DNA of 64,000 nucleotides from Flaccisagitta enflata (Eukaryota): NCBI GenBank assembly GCA_965153355.1, contig OZ231126.1, positions 13,516,001 to 13,580,000 of the forward strand, read 5' to 3'. Shown piece by piece: positions 1 to 12,774 of this stretch (position 1 is its first letter; each line of letters starts with the position of its first letter). The notes under the pieces were generated by a model. It saw only the letters and a program-made list of their open reading frames with translations, ran no database searches and was not told where the DNA came from. The position numbers and the translations under genes were made by a program.

Positions 1-93
1 CATGGGGCCAAAAATCGAACATTCCGTCGGGCTTGTGGGCCAAACGCTTCTCCATGTCAGACGCAGAACGGTTTAAAGACAGCTCATCAACAC
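1..93 (-). CDS. Exon 5 (cut by the window edge): end of propeptide and probable start of the mature domain
   Basis: CTTTCAG acceptor, phase 1. Encodes (G)VDELSLNRSASDMEKR-LAHKPDGMFDFWPH. A dibasic KR followed about 10 residues later by WP resembles the start of astacin catalytic domains; the catalytic motif is not in the window. Confidence 0.75.
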
Positions 94-162
94 CTGAAAG
101 GGTGAAATGATCAAGAAAACCGGATTCAAGGCATTAGAAGTCAACAAGCAGGGTAGTAAGAG

Positions 163-370
163 ACAAGGCCGGATACACGGCTACCTTAGTCGCGTGCGGG
201 TGGGCAGGGGCAGTATTTGAGTTACTAAAGCACTTGGGCAAGTGCAGTGAGGCTAAAGACCGCAAAAACATAAAAAAAAGTAAAATGGGGACCGACCGAC
301 CGACCGACTAACCGCCCGACCGACGGACGGACAAAGCGGGGTGTAGTGTCGCGTAGCACGCGACTAAAAA
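163..370 (-). mobile_element. Helentron/DINE-1-like non-autonomous element, family A (intronic copy)
   Basis: 5' TTTTTAGTCGCGTGCTACGCGAC hairpin, (GTCG/GTCC)n, 3' subterminal GCACGCGACT and terminal stem-loop GCCG-TGTATC-CGGC-CTTGT. Other copies near 4297-4503, 4757, 15991-16200, 18940-19010, 30866-31014, 35000-35125, 42399-42581, 44989, 49405-49603, 56588, 58262-58467 and 59590. Confidence 0.75.
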
Positions 371-603
371 GGGGTGATGGCGGAAACGATGTAACAAGTT
401 CAGATACAGAAGACGATCAGTCAAAAAACTCCGAAGGGTTATGGCAAATTGGTACTGAGACAGCAACAAAAACAAGGTGAGAGAAAGCATTGGAAAACAA
501 TGAAGCTAAGTTGTTTTAAGAATTATAACTCAGTTGGTGTACACGGTATATACATGTAAGTATGCAACTATGCATGAGTGCTTTGCATGAAACTATGGCT
601 TAC

Positions 604-648
604 CTCCGATAATTTCATCAATGGTCTTCTCCGGGTCCGATACAATGG
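604..648 (-). CDS. Exon 4 of the secreted prepro-protein
   Basis: TTTTCTTTCAG acceptor. Encodes (S)IVSDPEKTIDEIIG; G|GTAAG donor; phases 1 to 1. Confidence 0.8.
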
Positions 649-892
649 CTGAAAGAAAAGAAATATATATATCTTTGTATATAAACGTCGTGAGATTTTT
701 TTTTCAATTTGGTTGGACATCTGATCAAAAATTTAATGAAGTGTATTCACTCACTTTTTTACTCACTCAGTCACCCACTCAGCCACTCAGTCACACAGTC
801 ACTCACTCATTCACTCACTCACTCACTCACTCACTCACTCACTCACTCACTCACTCACTCACTCACTCACTCACTAACTAATTATATCATAC

Positions 893-959
893 ATGATAAA
901 TTGCTGAAATCATGGGAAAGAATCTCCGCCGATGACCAAGTGTATTGCGAGTCCGGTTC
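893..959 (-). CDS. Exon 3 of the secreted prepro-protein
   Basis: TTTCTAG acceptor, phase 0. Encodes EPDSQYTWSSAEILSHDFSNLS; GTATGA donor, phase 1. Confidence 0.75.
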
Positions 960-1295
960 CTAGAAAGGAAGATAACACAAAAATGCAAATGAAAAAGAAT
1001 TACAGCAAATTGCGAATGCGGATAAAAATGAGAGGAATTAAGAATATCAACGCATCGTCCTCGATGAATATACGTCGTCTATGCATGAATGAATGATCTT
1101 ATATAGAAATGATACACAATTGGCAAGTTTATGGAATGCATCGTGGTAGCTGTTTTAAGTTGTACTTGTCAGGGTGACATTTACAACGGTCATAACAAAT
1201 TAACAAGAATTGTCGTTTCATCATTCAGTCGTTCATATTTCTAAATTAAGTTAATTAACACATATTGGCCATAACGTCGCCTTTTTTTTTCTCAC

Positions 1296-1369
1296 CTTTT
1301 GTTCTTTTTTTTCGTTGATGAGCTCACGAAGTTTCTCCATCAACTCACGCTTCTCCGTTAAGGACAAAC
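1296..1369 (-). CDS. Exon 2 of the secreted prepro-protein
   Basis: Pyrimidine tract and CAG acceptor; phase 1 matches exon 1. Encodes (G)LSLTEKRELMEKLRELINEKKEQK; AAG|GTGAGA donor, phase 0. Confidence 0.8.
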
Positions 1370-1545
1370 CTGTTGAGAGAAAAAGAGCGAGAGAGAGAGA
1401 GAGAGAGAGAAGAGATTCAGAGAGAGAGAGAGAATTTAGATTTTTTTTTTCATTTTTTCTGTTTCTTCTTTTTTTTTTTTCATCTTTTCTGCTTTTCTTT
1501 TTCTTCTTTTTTTCTTTTCTCTTCTTCTCTTCTTCTCTCTCTTCT

Positions 1546-1634
<89 letters not shown>

Positions 1635-1663
1635 GTCTTACTCTTTTTTTCTTCCCCTATGTT

Positions 1664-1743
<80 letters not shown>

Positions 1744-2416
1744 TATGTGTGTTTGTTTGTGTGTAAATTTGTGTCTCTATTTGTTTTGTTTTTTTCGCTC
1801 CATTGATTGACAGTCTTACGATACGCTGGCAAGTCATCCAAGCAGGCCCGGCCAGAAAAATGGCGGGCCCCTCTGCTGGCTCCCTTGGTTGGGCTCCCTT
1901 CCCCCTTCAACCCCCTCCTTTACTCTTAATGTTTCATCTTTTGCAATGTTTTCTTACAACCTGAAAGTTTGTTCCAGTGCCTCCAGAACTTTTAACTTGG
2001 ATATCATTTTCCTTTTTTTCACCTTCTTATCTTATTTTGTCTTTATTTCTTTTTTTTTTTTCTTCTTTTTCTTTTTTTTCGTATTTTTTTTTCGTTTCGC
2101 TTTTTTTATTCTCTTTTTTCTTTTTCCTTCCTTTTTTTCCTTTCTTTTTTTCGCTTTTTTTTTCTTTTTTTCTTGTATTACAGAGGCTCATACAGGTCCC
2201 ACTGGTGCCAGGGCCCTTGGCTGATAGAGCCAAGCTATTGGTGACAGTGGGCGAATGAGCTATTTGTTGGCTCCATCTTGAATACTAATCAATTGGCCAA
2301 TGGGCAAGCATAAGGGGGTTTCTTATAAAACAAGAAAAGAAAAATATTTTTTTTCTTCATTTTGCTATTTTCCATTAGTGCAGAGAAGAGAATGAGAGAA
2401 AGAAAGAGAGAGCGAA

Positions 2417-2499
<83 letters not shown>

Positions 2500-2696
2500 C
2501 AGACAGACAAACAGGTAAAAAAAGAATGAATAAAATGATAAAGAAAAATTCTCATAACTTAGATTCTGAGTAATGAGAAAAAGGATAGACAAGGATAGAC
2601 AATCTGAGTTATGAGAATATAATTCTCATCACTAAGAATCTGAATGATGAGAATTTCAAAATTCTCGCCACTCAGATTCTAAGTAACACGACCTAC

Positions 2697-2766
<70 letters not shown>

Positions 2767-2776
2767 TTTGATAGTA

Positions 2777-3381
2777 TACTATCTTGGAAAAAAATAAAAG
2801 TCCAGGACGTTTTGTCATATTATAGCTTTGATATACATGATTTGATATGAAAATTGATGACGAAAATAAACCTAATAAACAGGGCTAGCAAATGGTGCCA
2901 AGCTGAGACTCAATGGGTTGTTTGTTTAGATTTTACATCAAAATAAGTGAAAGTGTTGATTTCAGGAAACAGACACAAAACTTGAATAGGATAGAAATGC
3001 ATGATGTTTTGTTACAGCTTCGCTTTGATATGCAAAATTTGAAAGGAAAATAAGTGACCATTTCGAAGCTGTTGATCAGGGCTATCTAATAGTATCTATT
3101 ACCGCCATGCCGAGACTCACAGCTCTATTCGTTTGGATTCTACATCAAAAAGAGTGAGAACGTTGATTCTTAGTAATTGTAAAGAATTGTGTGGAGGCAT
3201 TATACTTTAAAATGGCATTTTACTCTTTACCAATACATGCCCTTACAGATGCAAGCGGTTTCTAAACTCTAAAAGATATTATTCTAAAAACTGGGCTTTT
3301 GAAAATGATCATTATTTAATCAGATTTGAAATCAAATTATTACTTTATCCAGCTTGGACAATTATTTTTTTCAAGATAGTA
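2777..3381. mobile_element. MITE with TACTATCTTG termini
   Basis: TACTATCTTGGAAAAAAATAA / TTATTTTTTTCAAGATAGTA; flanking direct repeat GTTTGATAGT. Same terminus as 42078-42851. Confidence 0.65.
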
Positions 3382-3861
3382 GTTTGATAGTCAGAGTAAC
3401 CACAAACTTTTTTTGCGTTTTAATAGCAAGCAAGGCATATCACATATTAACAAAAAAAAACAATCGGGAAAAAACGAGTTTTTACTCAAAATTAAGCTGT
3501 ATGGATGGGCAGGGGCGATACTACGGGTTGGCAAGGGTACCATGTGGGTGGGCTGATGCTGTAATGTAGCTGGGCTGGGGCCGTAATGCTCATAAATCAT
3601 TGTTTTGGTCGATTTCGCGTCATCAAAAATTTGGCGTTGCCATCCTAAGACATTGTTTATTAGACGTACAGATGTTGGCCTCCCCCGCTAAATGCACATG
3701 TTCAATAAGAAAACTAAAGGGTTCTTCACATTTTTTTTACTTTTGCTAAGACGGATGTGATCAGGTTTTTACGCTACATTTGATCTGATATCCAATGACT
3801 TAAACAGAATGAAAACAATTGTTGATTAAATGTTCTCCCTCAGTATGTTACCAATTCTTAC

Positions 3862-3949
3862 CTTTTTTGTCAGAAGCAACTCGGGCATCGGTGAAGTAGA
3901 TGGTGATTGCCAAGCAGCACAAAATCACCAAAACGAAAAACTTCTTCAT
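3862..3949 (-). CDS. Exon 1 (signal peptide) of a secreted prepro-protein, possibly an astacin-family (M12A) metalloprotease
   Basis: ATG at 3949 gives MKKFFVLVILCCLAITIYFTDARVASDKK (basic N-terminus, hydrophobic core), ending in a phase-1 G|GTAAG donor. Confidence 0.85.
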
Positions 3950-4145
3950 CCTTTCTGGTTCTTATTTGTCGAGTTTCAAATGAGAGGTTGGTCAGGAGAA
4001 TTGAGAAGGAATTTAAGTAGTTTGAAGCAAAGGTTGATGCTCACGTTGGAAGAAGCGTGCAACAGTATACACGTGCTGAATATTTACGTTCCTCCGAAAT
4101 ATCGCGAGAGCGAGAGTGAATGTCCTGTCCATCGATCTCCATCTC

Positions 4146-4152
4146 TTTTATA
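4146..4152 (-). promoter_or_regulatory. Candidate TATA box of the prepro-protein gene
   Basis: TATAAAA on the minus strand about 200 nt upstream of the ATG, with an Inr-like CATTCACT about 30 nt downstream in a CpG-rich patch. Confidence 0.45.
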
Positions 4153-4514
4153 CTCTCGTCGCGAGGAGCTAATTAAGGCGTGACATCCCCCAACGATAAA
4201 TCGGGGACATCCGAGAGACATCCTACCAGACCTCCGCCAGACCGGACCTCCGCCAAAGTCGAAACAGGTTTTCATTGGAAATTCTTCCTTCTTTTTTTCA
4301 GTCACGTGCATGCGACTCTATGACCCGCTATGTCGGTTGGTCGGTCGGTCCATCAGTTTATCAGTCCGTCTTTAACGCTTAGCGATTTCGGCGTTTACGG
4401 GCGGTTTTTGCATCACTGCCCCTGTCGTAAAAGTTCTATTAGCCTTTTTTATCACTGTTCCTGCCCACCCGTAAGCGACTTGGGTAGCCGTGTACCCAGC
4501 GTTGTTTGCTCATT

Positions 4515-4670
4515 AGAGATATTTGTTTTTATGGTTCTTGTTTTTAGAGACATTTGTTTTTATGGTTCTTGTTTTTAGAGACATTTGTTTTTATGGTTCT
4601 TGTTTTTAGAGACATTTGTTTATATGATACTTGTTTTTAAAGACATTTGCTTTTATGGTTCTTGTTTTTT
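4515..4670. repeat. 30-bp tandem repeat, about 5 copies
   Basis: AGAGACATTTGTTTTTATGGTTCTTGTTTT unit. Confidence 0.9.
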
Positions 4671-5005
4671 GGGGCGCTTGATTCTTTCGGGGTTCTTTCG
4701 CTTGCGAGTTTTTCTGCTTCTTAGTAGAATAAGGTAAGGATAACAATATTCTTTTTAGTCGCGTGCTACGCGACTCGACACCCTGCTTTGTCGGCCTGTT
4801 AGTTTGTTGGTTGGTTGATCGGTTGGTTGGTCAGTCCCCTTTTTACTTTTTCGGCGTTTTTAAGCTTTTTGGGCTCACAGCTCCTTCCTAAATGCCATCA
4901 TAAGTCATTTTAAGTCATTTTAAGTCATTCTAAGTCATTTTAAGTCATTTTTAGTCATATTAAGTTATATTTAGTCATATTAAGTTATATTAAGTCACTA
5001 AAGTC

Positions 5006-5108
<103 letters not shown>

Positions 5109-5668
5109 TACTGTCTTACATATTTAACTTTTTTTCACTAAACACAATATGTATTGTAAAAAAAGTAATTTATACAGTTACAGATCTGGTAGAAATACTA
5201 ACATGAACGAGCCCATCGCTCTTCAGGATTCACTTCACGGCTGTAAACACTCGAGGTCGGAGACCATAGACCTGGGATGTAGAAACATCCATCGTCAAAG
5301 CGCACAAACTAGTCACAGCTCTTTTGGCTGTGTCAATCTTTTACAAGGGTTACGGTCAACCGTGACACGACCGCAGTCCGCGTCACAACCGTGACACGAC
5401 CGCGTCACAACCGTGTCTTGAGAGTGTCTTTACTCTGTCGTTAAAGGTTTCAGTCTCGCAGCCCCCCGTAATGCAGTGACACTGCCGGTATTGTCTGTAG
5501 GCGTATTTTTGTTTTTCTGTCTGTCTGTGTATCTGACCTACACCTCAAATAGCTTTGTTTATATCCAACTGTTTCTAGTCACTGGCTCAGAGGGTGTGTT
5601 TGGGGGTGCAGGAAGGTAGGAAGTTCCGTTTCTCTGTCTGTCTGTTTGTTCGTCCGTCTGTCTGTGTG

Positions 5669-6299
5669 CACTGTCCGCCAGAACACGGAATGAGTTGACT
5701 TGAAATGATCGTCTACAACTCAGATAGGTTTTGAGTCCTTGTGGTGTGTATAATACAAATCTGAAAAGAACTAAATCATTTTTGGGGCGCTTTTTGAAAT
5801 ATATACAAAAATAGTACAAACTTAATATATTTTTCATCATAACTCTTTGTGATGATTTATTTTAGTATTTTTGACTGCAGATTTGGACTTAACAGGTGGC
5901 TTGCGGTTCGTTTGATATGTCACACTATATACTTTTGAAAAAGAAGTAAAAATTATTTTTTAAAAAAATCATCAAGAATAAATGTATTTTATAGCAATAT
6001 GATGAAAAAATTTACTTTTTATTTCTTTTTCAAAACTATATAGTGTGATATATCAAACGAACCGCAAAGCACTCGCTGAATCCGTATTTGAAGTCAAAAA
6101 TACCAAAAAACATCACCACAAAGAGTTATGATGAAAAATGCACTAAATTGACACCATTTTTGCATATAATTCAAAAACCGCCCCAAAAGTGATTTAGTTT
6201 CCTTTAGATTTATATTGTACACACTACAATGACCCAAAAACTATCAAAGTGAGAGACGATCATTCTACCTCAACTCATTCCGCGTTTTGGCTGGTAGTG
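5669..6299. mobile_element. Palindromic MITE with CACT...AGTG ends (CMC/CACTA-like)
   Basis: About 290-bp imperfect inverted arms; TGTG on both flanks. Confidence 0.75.
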
Positions 6300-6492
6300 T
6301 GTGTACTTCAACGCTTGCATTGGAGATTTTCGAGCGGTGCTTGGATTACTGCCCCGGCCCACGTGACCCACGTTACTCGTATTTGTCACGTAGTCGGCCT
6401 TTTCTAGCTATATTTTTGTCGTTCTATTTGTTCGTCTGTTTGTCCGTCTGTGTATCTGTCATCAGTTCAAAGTCTATCTGTTAATCTCTTTC

Positions 6493-6601
<109 letters not shown>

Positions 6602-6720
6602 AGGTGTATTAATTACCGTATCGTTATTTTACCGACTGTGTTGGCGCTGTGCGCTGGGTAGTGCATGAATTTCTCATCGTTTTTATGTCATCTCGTCGTC
6701 TCCTTTTTTAATGCTTTTAG

Positions 6721-6801
6721 CAGTAAGATCACAGATAAGCGAGTCCGCGAAGGCGGCAGTTTCTGTGGTGGCGACACGAAGAGAGAGAGAGAGATCTGAA
6801 G
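6721..6801 (+). CDS. Possible upstream exon for the 7838-8214 exon
   Basis: TTTTAG acceptor, open frame VRSQISESAKAAVSVVATRRERERSE, weak G|GTGTGT donor in a compatible phase 1. No homology recognised. Confidence 0.25.
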
Positions 6802-6897
6802 GTGTGTATCGATGTTATGTCGTCTCCTTCATTGGAGGGCTGAGGCATTGACCAACGCAAGACTGGGAATCCACTCTTCTCCCGTGAACCGGTTTTG

Positions 6898-6900
<3 letters not shown>

Positions 6901-6995
<95 letters not shown>

Positions 6996-6999
6996 AACC

Positions 7000-7095
<96 letters not shown>

Positions 7096-7144
7096 CCAAC
7101 ACCAATACCAACACCAACACCAACACCAACACCACACACACACA

Positions 7145-7240
<96 letters not shown>
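6901..7240. repeat. Compound microsatellite (GA)n-(CAA)n-(CCAACA)n-(CA)n, representative of dozens of SSRs
   Basis: Direct reading. Other large SSRs: (TCAC)n 770-875, (CT)/(GT) 1550-1740, (CAA)n 5024-5107, (GAA)n 11715-11880, (GA)/(GAAA) 19157-19606, (TTG)n 23561-24360 and 53938-54143, (CAA/CAG)n 43281-43595, (GGT)n 55627-55827, (TTTC)n 60170-60345, (TTCA)n 62860-62968. Confidence 0.95.
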
Positions 7241-7242
<2 letters not shown>

Positions 7243-7837
7243 GGCTCAACTTTAGCATTGAGCATTGGGAAATTTACAAGAACGCGGAAAACGGCTGAGG
7301 CAACTAAAACAACAAACAATAACAAAACTAAACCTCCGTTTTAGCAACAGCGAGATTCGTGAAGACGGCACAGAGAGAAATTGAAAAAGAAACGATTTGC
7401 ATGATAATGTTTAGTTCCATCACTCTGATGTTAACATTTTTTGTGTGTGACTTTTTTCGAACAACGAAAGCTCGAGGTTTGTAGAAAGTGGATTGGATGC
7501 ACACAATTGAGCGCACGTGCATAAGCTGTACAGTAAAAGCCCGCGGCATACAGTAAAATACCGCGATGACGGATGGTTACTCTAGTAGAAATAGATAAAC
7601 TGTGTAATTCATAGGTATATTTTTTTCATTATCAATACATTTGAACCCAGAAAAAAAAGTATGTTAAGACTCAAGAGATTAATGCATTTCATCTGTTAGG
7701 GGACGATTTATCTCATTCCTATTGTTAAAAAAGTAAAAAAAAAAAGTTTCCTGTTTAGTCGTGTGTAATTGTCAAATTTAACTCGACCGCCATTTTACTG
7801 AGAGTTACTAATGTCAATTTTCTCATTGTATTTGTAG

Positions 7838-8214
7838 ATCAGCGCCATCAGTCTGTCGACGAGGAAACTACTGCCGACAGCAGTGCAGCACCTCTTGTTG
7901 ACAACAGCAGACGACTCCAGGCCGACAGCGGTTGACACCTCCAAGCCGACAATAGCAATAACAGAGCCGACCTCAGCAGCAGATACCTCCAAGCCGACAA
8001 CGACGAGGCGTTACTCCAAGCTGAAGGCAGTCTGGCTCTGATCAACGAATTTCGGAATCATTTGGATGCGACCGACGGCAAGTTCGAGAGTCTGAAGGCG
8101 GAAGTTTCGCGGAAAGTCGACGCGGGCATCCAAAGAGTCACCAACACCCTCAACGCTAAAATGGCGCAGATGCAGAACAAAATCAACGCGCTAGAATCAA
8201 CTGAGGCTGAATGA
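7838..8214 (+). pseudogene. Terminal exon of an unknown coiled-coil protein with an in-frame TGA at 7933-7935
   Basis: TTTGTAG acceptor; one frame reads (D)QRHQSVDEETTADSSAAPLVDNSRRLQADSG*HLQADN...SLALINEFRNHLDATDGKFESLKAEVSRKVDAGIQRVTNTLNAKMAQMQNKINALESTEAE*. GC-rich relative to flanks, with a heptad-like C-terminus. Confidence 0.5.
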
Positions 8215-8789
8215 CTTTTATCCGACGTCTATCGCTTTTTTTGGTCACCGGAGAGTAAGAATTAAATCCCGCTCCAACGGTTTCAAGGGACAATCAAATC
8301 TTATCTGTTTTAAGCGGAATTCTGTTAGAGCCAATAAAAGGAAATGAAATGAAAAAAGTTAAATGGACTGTAAATTTACATCTATCATAAACGGAATTTC
8401 GTTAGTGTAATTTAAAAACAATCAAAGCTGCGGATTCGTCTGCGGGTTCGTCAATGTTTAAACGATTGTAATCTCGATTCAGAGACTATTCGTTGCGGAT
8501 GGGGATGGGAGATATTGAAAGTTGATGTTTGGAAGTCAGTCAACTTTAAAAGGTTTGTCTCAAAGTTTTACGCATCCTGATTTATTAGTTTATCAATTAG
8601 TTTGTGTGATCTGGACGCTTTATGACAGTTTGGATGAGCCGACTGAGTGACGTTACTCATGGTCGCTACCCATTACCTTTTGCTTGTTTTGCTGGAGTTT
8701 GCCTCGACTCCTTTCTTCATAACAACTTGGATGATATTATTGAGTGACATAGTGACAAAAGGACTAGGTGACAAAACAACGACGTGAGT

Positions 8790-9836
8790 GAGTGACAGTG
8801 ACATCGCCGAAGGATGTAATCCTGTGCTTGATTTGCTGGCTGGGCGTTTTCCTCGACGCCGTCATTCATGGCAACGTGGATGAGAAAACTGAGTGACAGG
8901 GTGACAAATCTACTGTTTGATAGTAACATTGCCCTGTGCTTGGTTTGCTGGCAGAGTGTTCTCCTCGACTCCGTCATTCATGGCTGCTTGAATGAGATGA
9001 CTCAGTGACAGACTGATAGGGTGACAAACTTGCTGTTTGATAGTAAAATTGCCCCGTGCTTGATTTGCTGGCTGGGCGTTTTCCTCGACGCCGTCATTCA
9101 TGGCAACGTGGATGAGAAAACTGAGTGACAGGGTGACAAATCTACTGTTTGATAGTAACATTGCCCTGTGCTTGGTTTGCTGGCAGAGTGTTCTCCTCGA
9201 CTCCGTCATTCATGGCTGCTTGAATGAGATGACTCAGTGACAGACTGATAGGGTGACAAACTTGCTGTTTGATAGTAAAATTGCCCCGTGCTTGATTTGC
9301 TGGCTGGGCGTTTTCCTCGACGCCGTCATTCATGGCAACGTGGATGAGAAAACTGAGTGACAGGGTGACAAATCTACTGTTTGATAGTAACATTGCCCTG
9401 TGCTTGGTTTGCTGGCAGAGTGTTCTCCTCGACTCCGTCATTCATGGCTGCTTGAATGAGATGACTCAGTGACAGACTGATAGGGTGACAAACTTGCTGT
9501 TTGATAGTAAAATTGCCCCGTACTTGATTTGCTGGCTGGGCGTTTTCCTCGACGCCGTCATTCATGGCAACGTGGATGAGAAAACTGAGTGACAGGGTGA
9601 CAAATCTACTGTTTGATAGTAACATTGCCCTGTGCTTGGTTTGCTGGCAGAGTGTTCTCCTCGACTCCGTCATTCATGGCTGCTTGAATGAGATGACTCA
9701 GTGACAGACTGATAGGGTGACAAACTTGCTGTTTGATAGTAGAATTGCCCCGTGCTTGATTTGCTGGCTGGGCGTTTTCCTCGACGCCGTCATTCATGGC
9801 AACGTGGATGAGAAAACTGAGTGACAGGGTGACAAA
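8790..9836. repeat. 232-bp tandem satellite (dimer of two related subunits), left part
   Basis: Near-identical ORF translations recur at 232-nt offsets (8910, 9142, 9374, 9606). Confidence 0.95.
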
Positions 9837-11763
9837 TAGGGAGCTTGCTCGGCGCGCAATTTTTATTAGGCATCGCAGTGACTCAAAATATCACCCACTT
9901 CTCACAAAAATTCCTCAGTTTCAAGGAAAATGACCTCAATTTAATTTCTAGTGTTCCGCACCAAGGTTATTGATAGAATTAAGAACTATTTTTTCCACAA
10001 AATTGTTTTTCTCTGTTGCACTTGATTTAATTTGATTAAAGGTGGTTCTCACTGATAACGCGATTATCACCTTATTCTTTACATTATTTTCATTTTTTTA
10101 GCTTCTGACACTCAACTCTATAAGAGGCTTTATCCATCTGTCTGTCCATCTGTCGGTCCAGATACTTTTTGTGTATGTTTGAGCAGCGGCATAGGGGAAG
10201 GGACTTTTAGGAGATTCTAGGAAGTCCATTGTTGGGAATGAAAACAAAACAAGTGACGCAGGGTCACAATATTGTTGCGGGCGGGTGAGCAGGGGCATCC
10301 AACCTCCATTCACACCCTATGCCCCACCCCCCCCACATATTCACAAGAGGCATCTAAAATGATCATTTTCACCTTTTCCGACTCGTTTCCATGGATGGAC
10401 CAACGGAACAATGAACTGACGGACCAACAGACCGACGGACGGACAAAGCCTCTTATAGAGTTGCGTGTCCACAACTTAAAAAGGAAAGGGAGAAAAAAGA
10501 AAAGGAAGAAAAAGAAAGAAAAAGAAAACCGAGTAACAAAGAATGACAGAAAGAGGAAAACAAGTAGCGCGGGCTTACAGTATCATCGCGGATACGTGCG
10601 TAGGGGCATACAGCCCCCCTCTAAGCACCCTTCAACCCCAAAATACACAGGAGGCATCTCAAATGCGCGTTTTTGGGCAGCGGCCCCATGGGGGACAAAG
10701 TCCTGTAGAACACAGGGGGACTTTTGTTTATCCATCTGTTTGTTTGTTGGTTCATCCGTCCGTCCGTCCCCCTAGGCCCTCTCAGGGCTGAAATCTGCCC
10801 TGTCAGGCATAAAATCTCCCCTATCAGGCCTGAAATCTACCTCCAAGGCCTGAAATGTGCCCTCAGGCCTGAATTCTGTCCTTTTGGGCAGCGGCCTGGA
10901 AGGGGTCAATGACCTATGCTTTCACACATATGGGGAATTTTCTCCTTCTTCTCCTCCTTCTTTGTGCCCCCGTTCCACCCCAGCTTCTAGGCCCATCTCT
11001 CAGCCTGGAGGCCCGTACCCCAGCCTTGAGGCCAAAATCTCAGTCTTGAGGCCCAAATCCCACCCTCAAGGCCCAAATCCCAACCCCAAGGCCCAAATTA
11101 CAGTCTCTAGGGATTTGGGCCTCAAAACTGGGATTTGGGCCTTCAGGCTGGGATGAGGGCCTCCAAGCTGAGATATGGGCCTGGAGGCTGGGGGGAGGGG
11201 GGTGCGGACGAGGAGGAGAAGAAGAAGGAGAAAATTCCCCATATGTGTGAAAGCATAGGTCATCAACCCTTTTGGGGCCGCTGCCCTGCTCCATCCTCAA
11301 CTTCAACCACAACCTCCTTAAGCAGGGCATGGGTACCGCTGACCATCTAACGCTTTTGCGATAGGCCTGAAATCTGGCCTTTCAGGCCTGAAATCTGACC
11401 TCTCAGGCCTGAGAGGGTAGATTTCAGGCCTGATAGGACAGATTTCAGGCCTGAGAGAGCCCGGGAGAGACAGACAGATGGATGGACGGACAGACAGATG
11501 GATGAACAAATGGATGGATGGACAGACAGACAAATAAAAGTCCCTCTGTGTTTAATAGGACTTTGTCTCCTTTGGGGACGCTGCCCTGCTTTCTCTTACT
11601 CCAATTCACAACCATGCAAAGCAGGACCACATATTGCCACCTGTTATACTTTCTAGGATTGGGGCCGGAGGCTAGGGTTGATGCCTCAAGGCTTGGATGG
11701 GTGCATGACGGGGGAGAAGAAGAAGAAGAAGAAGAAGAAGAAGAAGAAGAAGAAGAAGAAGAA

Positions 11764-11795
<32 letters not shown>

Positions 11796-12032
11796 AGAAA
11801 AAGAGGAAGAGGAAGAAGAAGAAGAAGAAGAAGAAGAAGAAGAAGAAGAAGAAGAAGAAGAAGAAGAAGAAGATGAAGAAGGAGGAAGAAGAGGAGAAGG
11901 AGAAAATCTTACATATGTGTGAAAGCATAGGTCAACAGCCCCCTCGGGGCCACTGCCCAAAAAGGAACAAAATGACAACAAAATTTTCCATTACAAAAAA
12001 TTTGGGTGATGTCAAGTAAGTTGCATCTCCCT

Positions 12033-12096
<64 letters not shown>

Positions 12097-12774
12097 TTTC
12101 TCTCTGTCTGTCTGTCTCTCTCTCTCTCTCTCAATGTTCTTGTATGGAAAAAGTTGTACAAAAAGTTTTTTGTTGGCTCTAGATTTTTATAAAGAGTGAA
12201 ATTTGAGGAATTATTGTTGCATTTTAAGGGTGCTTTCTACAAATTAACAGCGGGTATTCACCACGCATATCTATAAGTATTAGCTGATTAGCTGGTTTGT
12301 TGGTCTTCCAGTCTTTTTGTCAGCTGTACTTGAGTTGAAAAGTTTCTAAGACACACGCTTTTCCTATGACCTTGATGCAATTGAATAGATAGAGCGAATT
12401 TAGTAACTTACCCTGCTCAAGTGCCTCATTCTGTCAATATCACTGCTCCTGTCTGGCCACACAAACATTACAAAGAATGCACAAAGAATACACCGATTTG
12501 AGGAAACACCATGCATCAGTGGGGAGTTTAACCAACATATCTCTGGCTGGGCACTGTGGGCAGGATCAGTGATGTAGCCCATCTTTAAGGTAAATGAATC
12601 ACTTGGACAGGGGCAGTTTTTCAGAATTTCAACAGCAACAACCACCTTGGTGCGGAACGCTAGAAATTAATCTGAGGTCATTTTCCTTAAAACTGAGGGA
12701 TTTTTGTGAAAAGTGGGTGATATTCTGAGCCACTGCGATGCCTGGAGAAAATTGTATGCCGAACAAGCCCCCCA
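9837..12774. mobile_element. Non-autonomous hAT-type DNA transposon with about 130-bp TIRs
   Basis: 9837-9967 is the imperfect reverse complement of 12644-12774 (TAGGGAGCTTG.../...CAAGCCCCCCA). An 8-bp TSD GTGACAAA flanks it at 9829-9836 and 12775-12782. No transposase seen. Confidence 0.85.

Noticed and set aside
1315-2592. Long ORFs of RE/SL/CV/HT/poly-F type
   Set aside because: Translations of dinucleotide and T-rich tracts; only 1296-1369 has splice support.
6812-7344. polyQ/polyT/polyC ORFs
   Set aside because: Compound microsatellite open in most frames.
8717-9797. Repeated 99-aa ORFs, and a CRISPR-like appearance
   Set aside because: Products of the 232-bp satellite; there are no unique spacers or cas genes, and the context is eukaryotic.
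12400-12645. 81-aa ORF inside the hAT element as a transposase
   Set aside because: No BED finger, DDE or dimerisation motif recognised.
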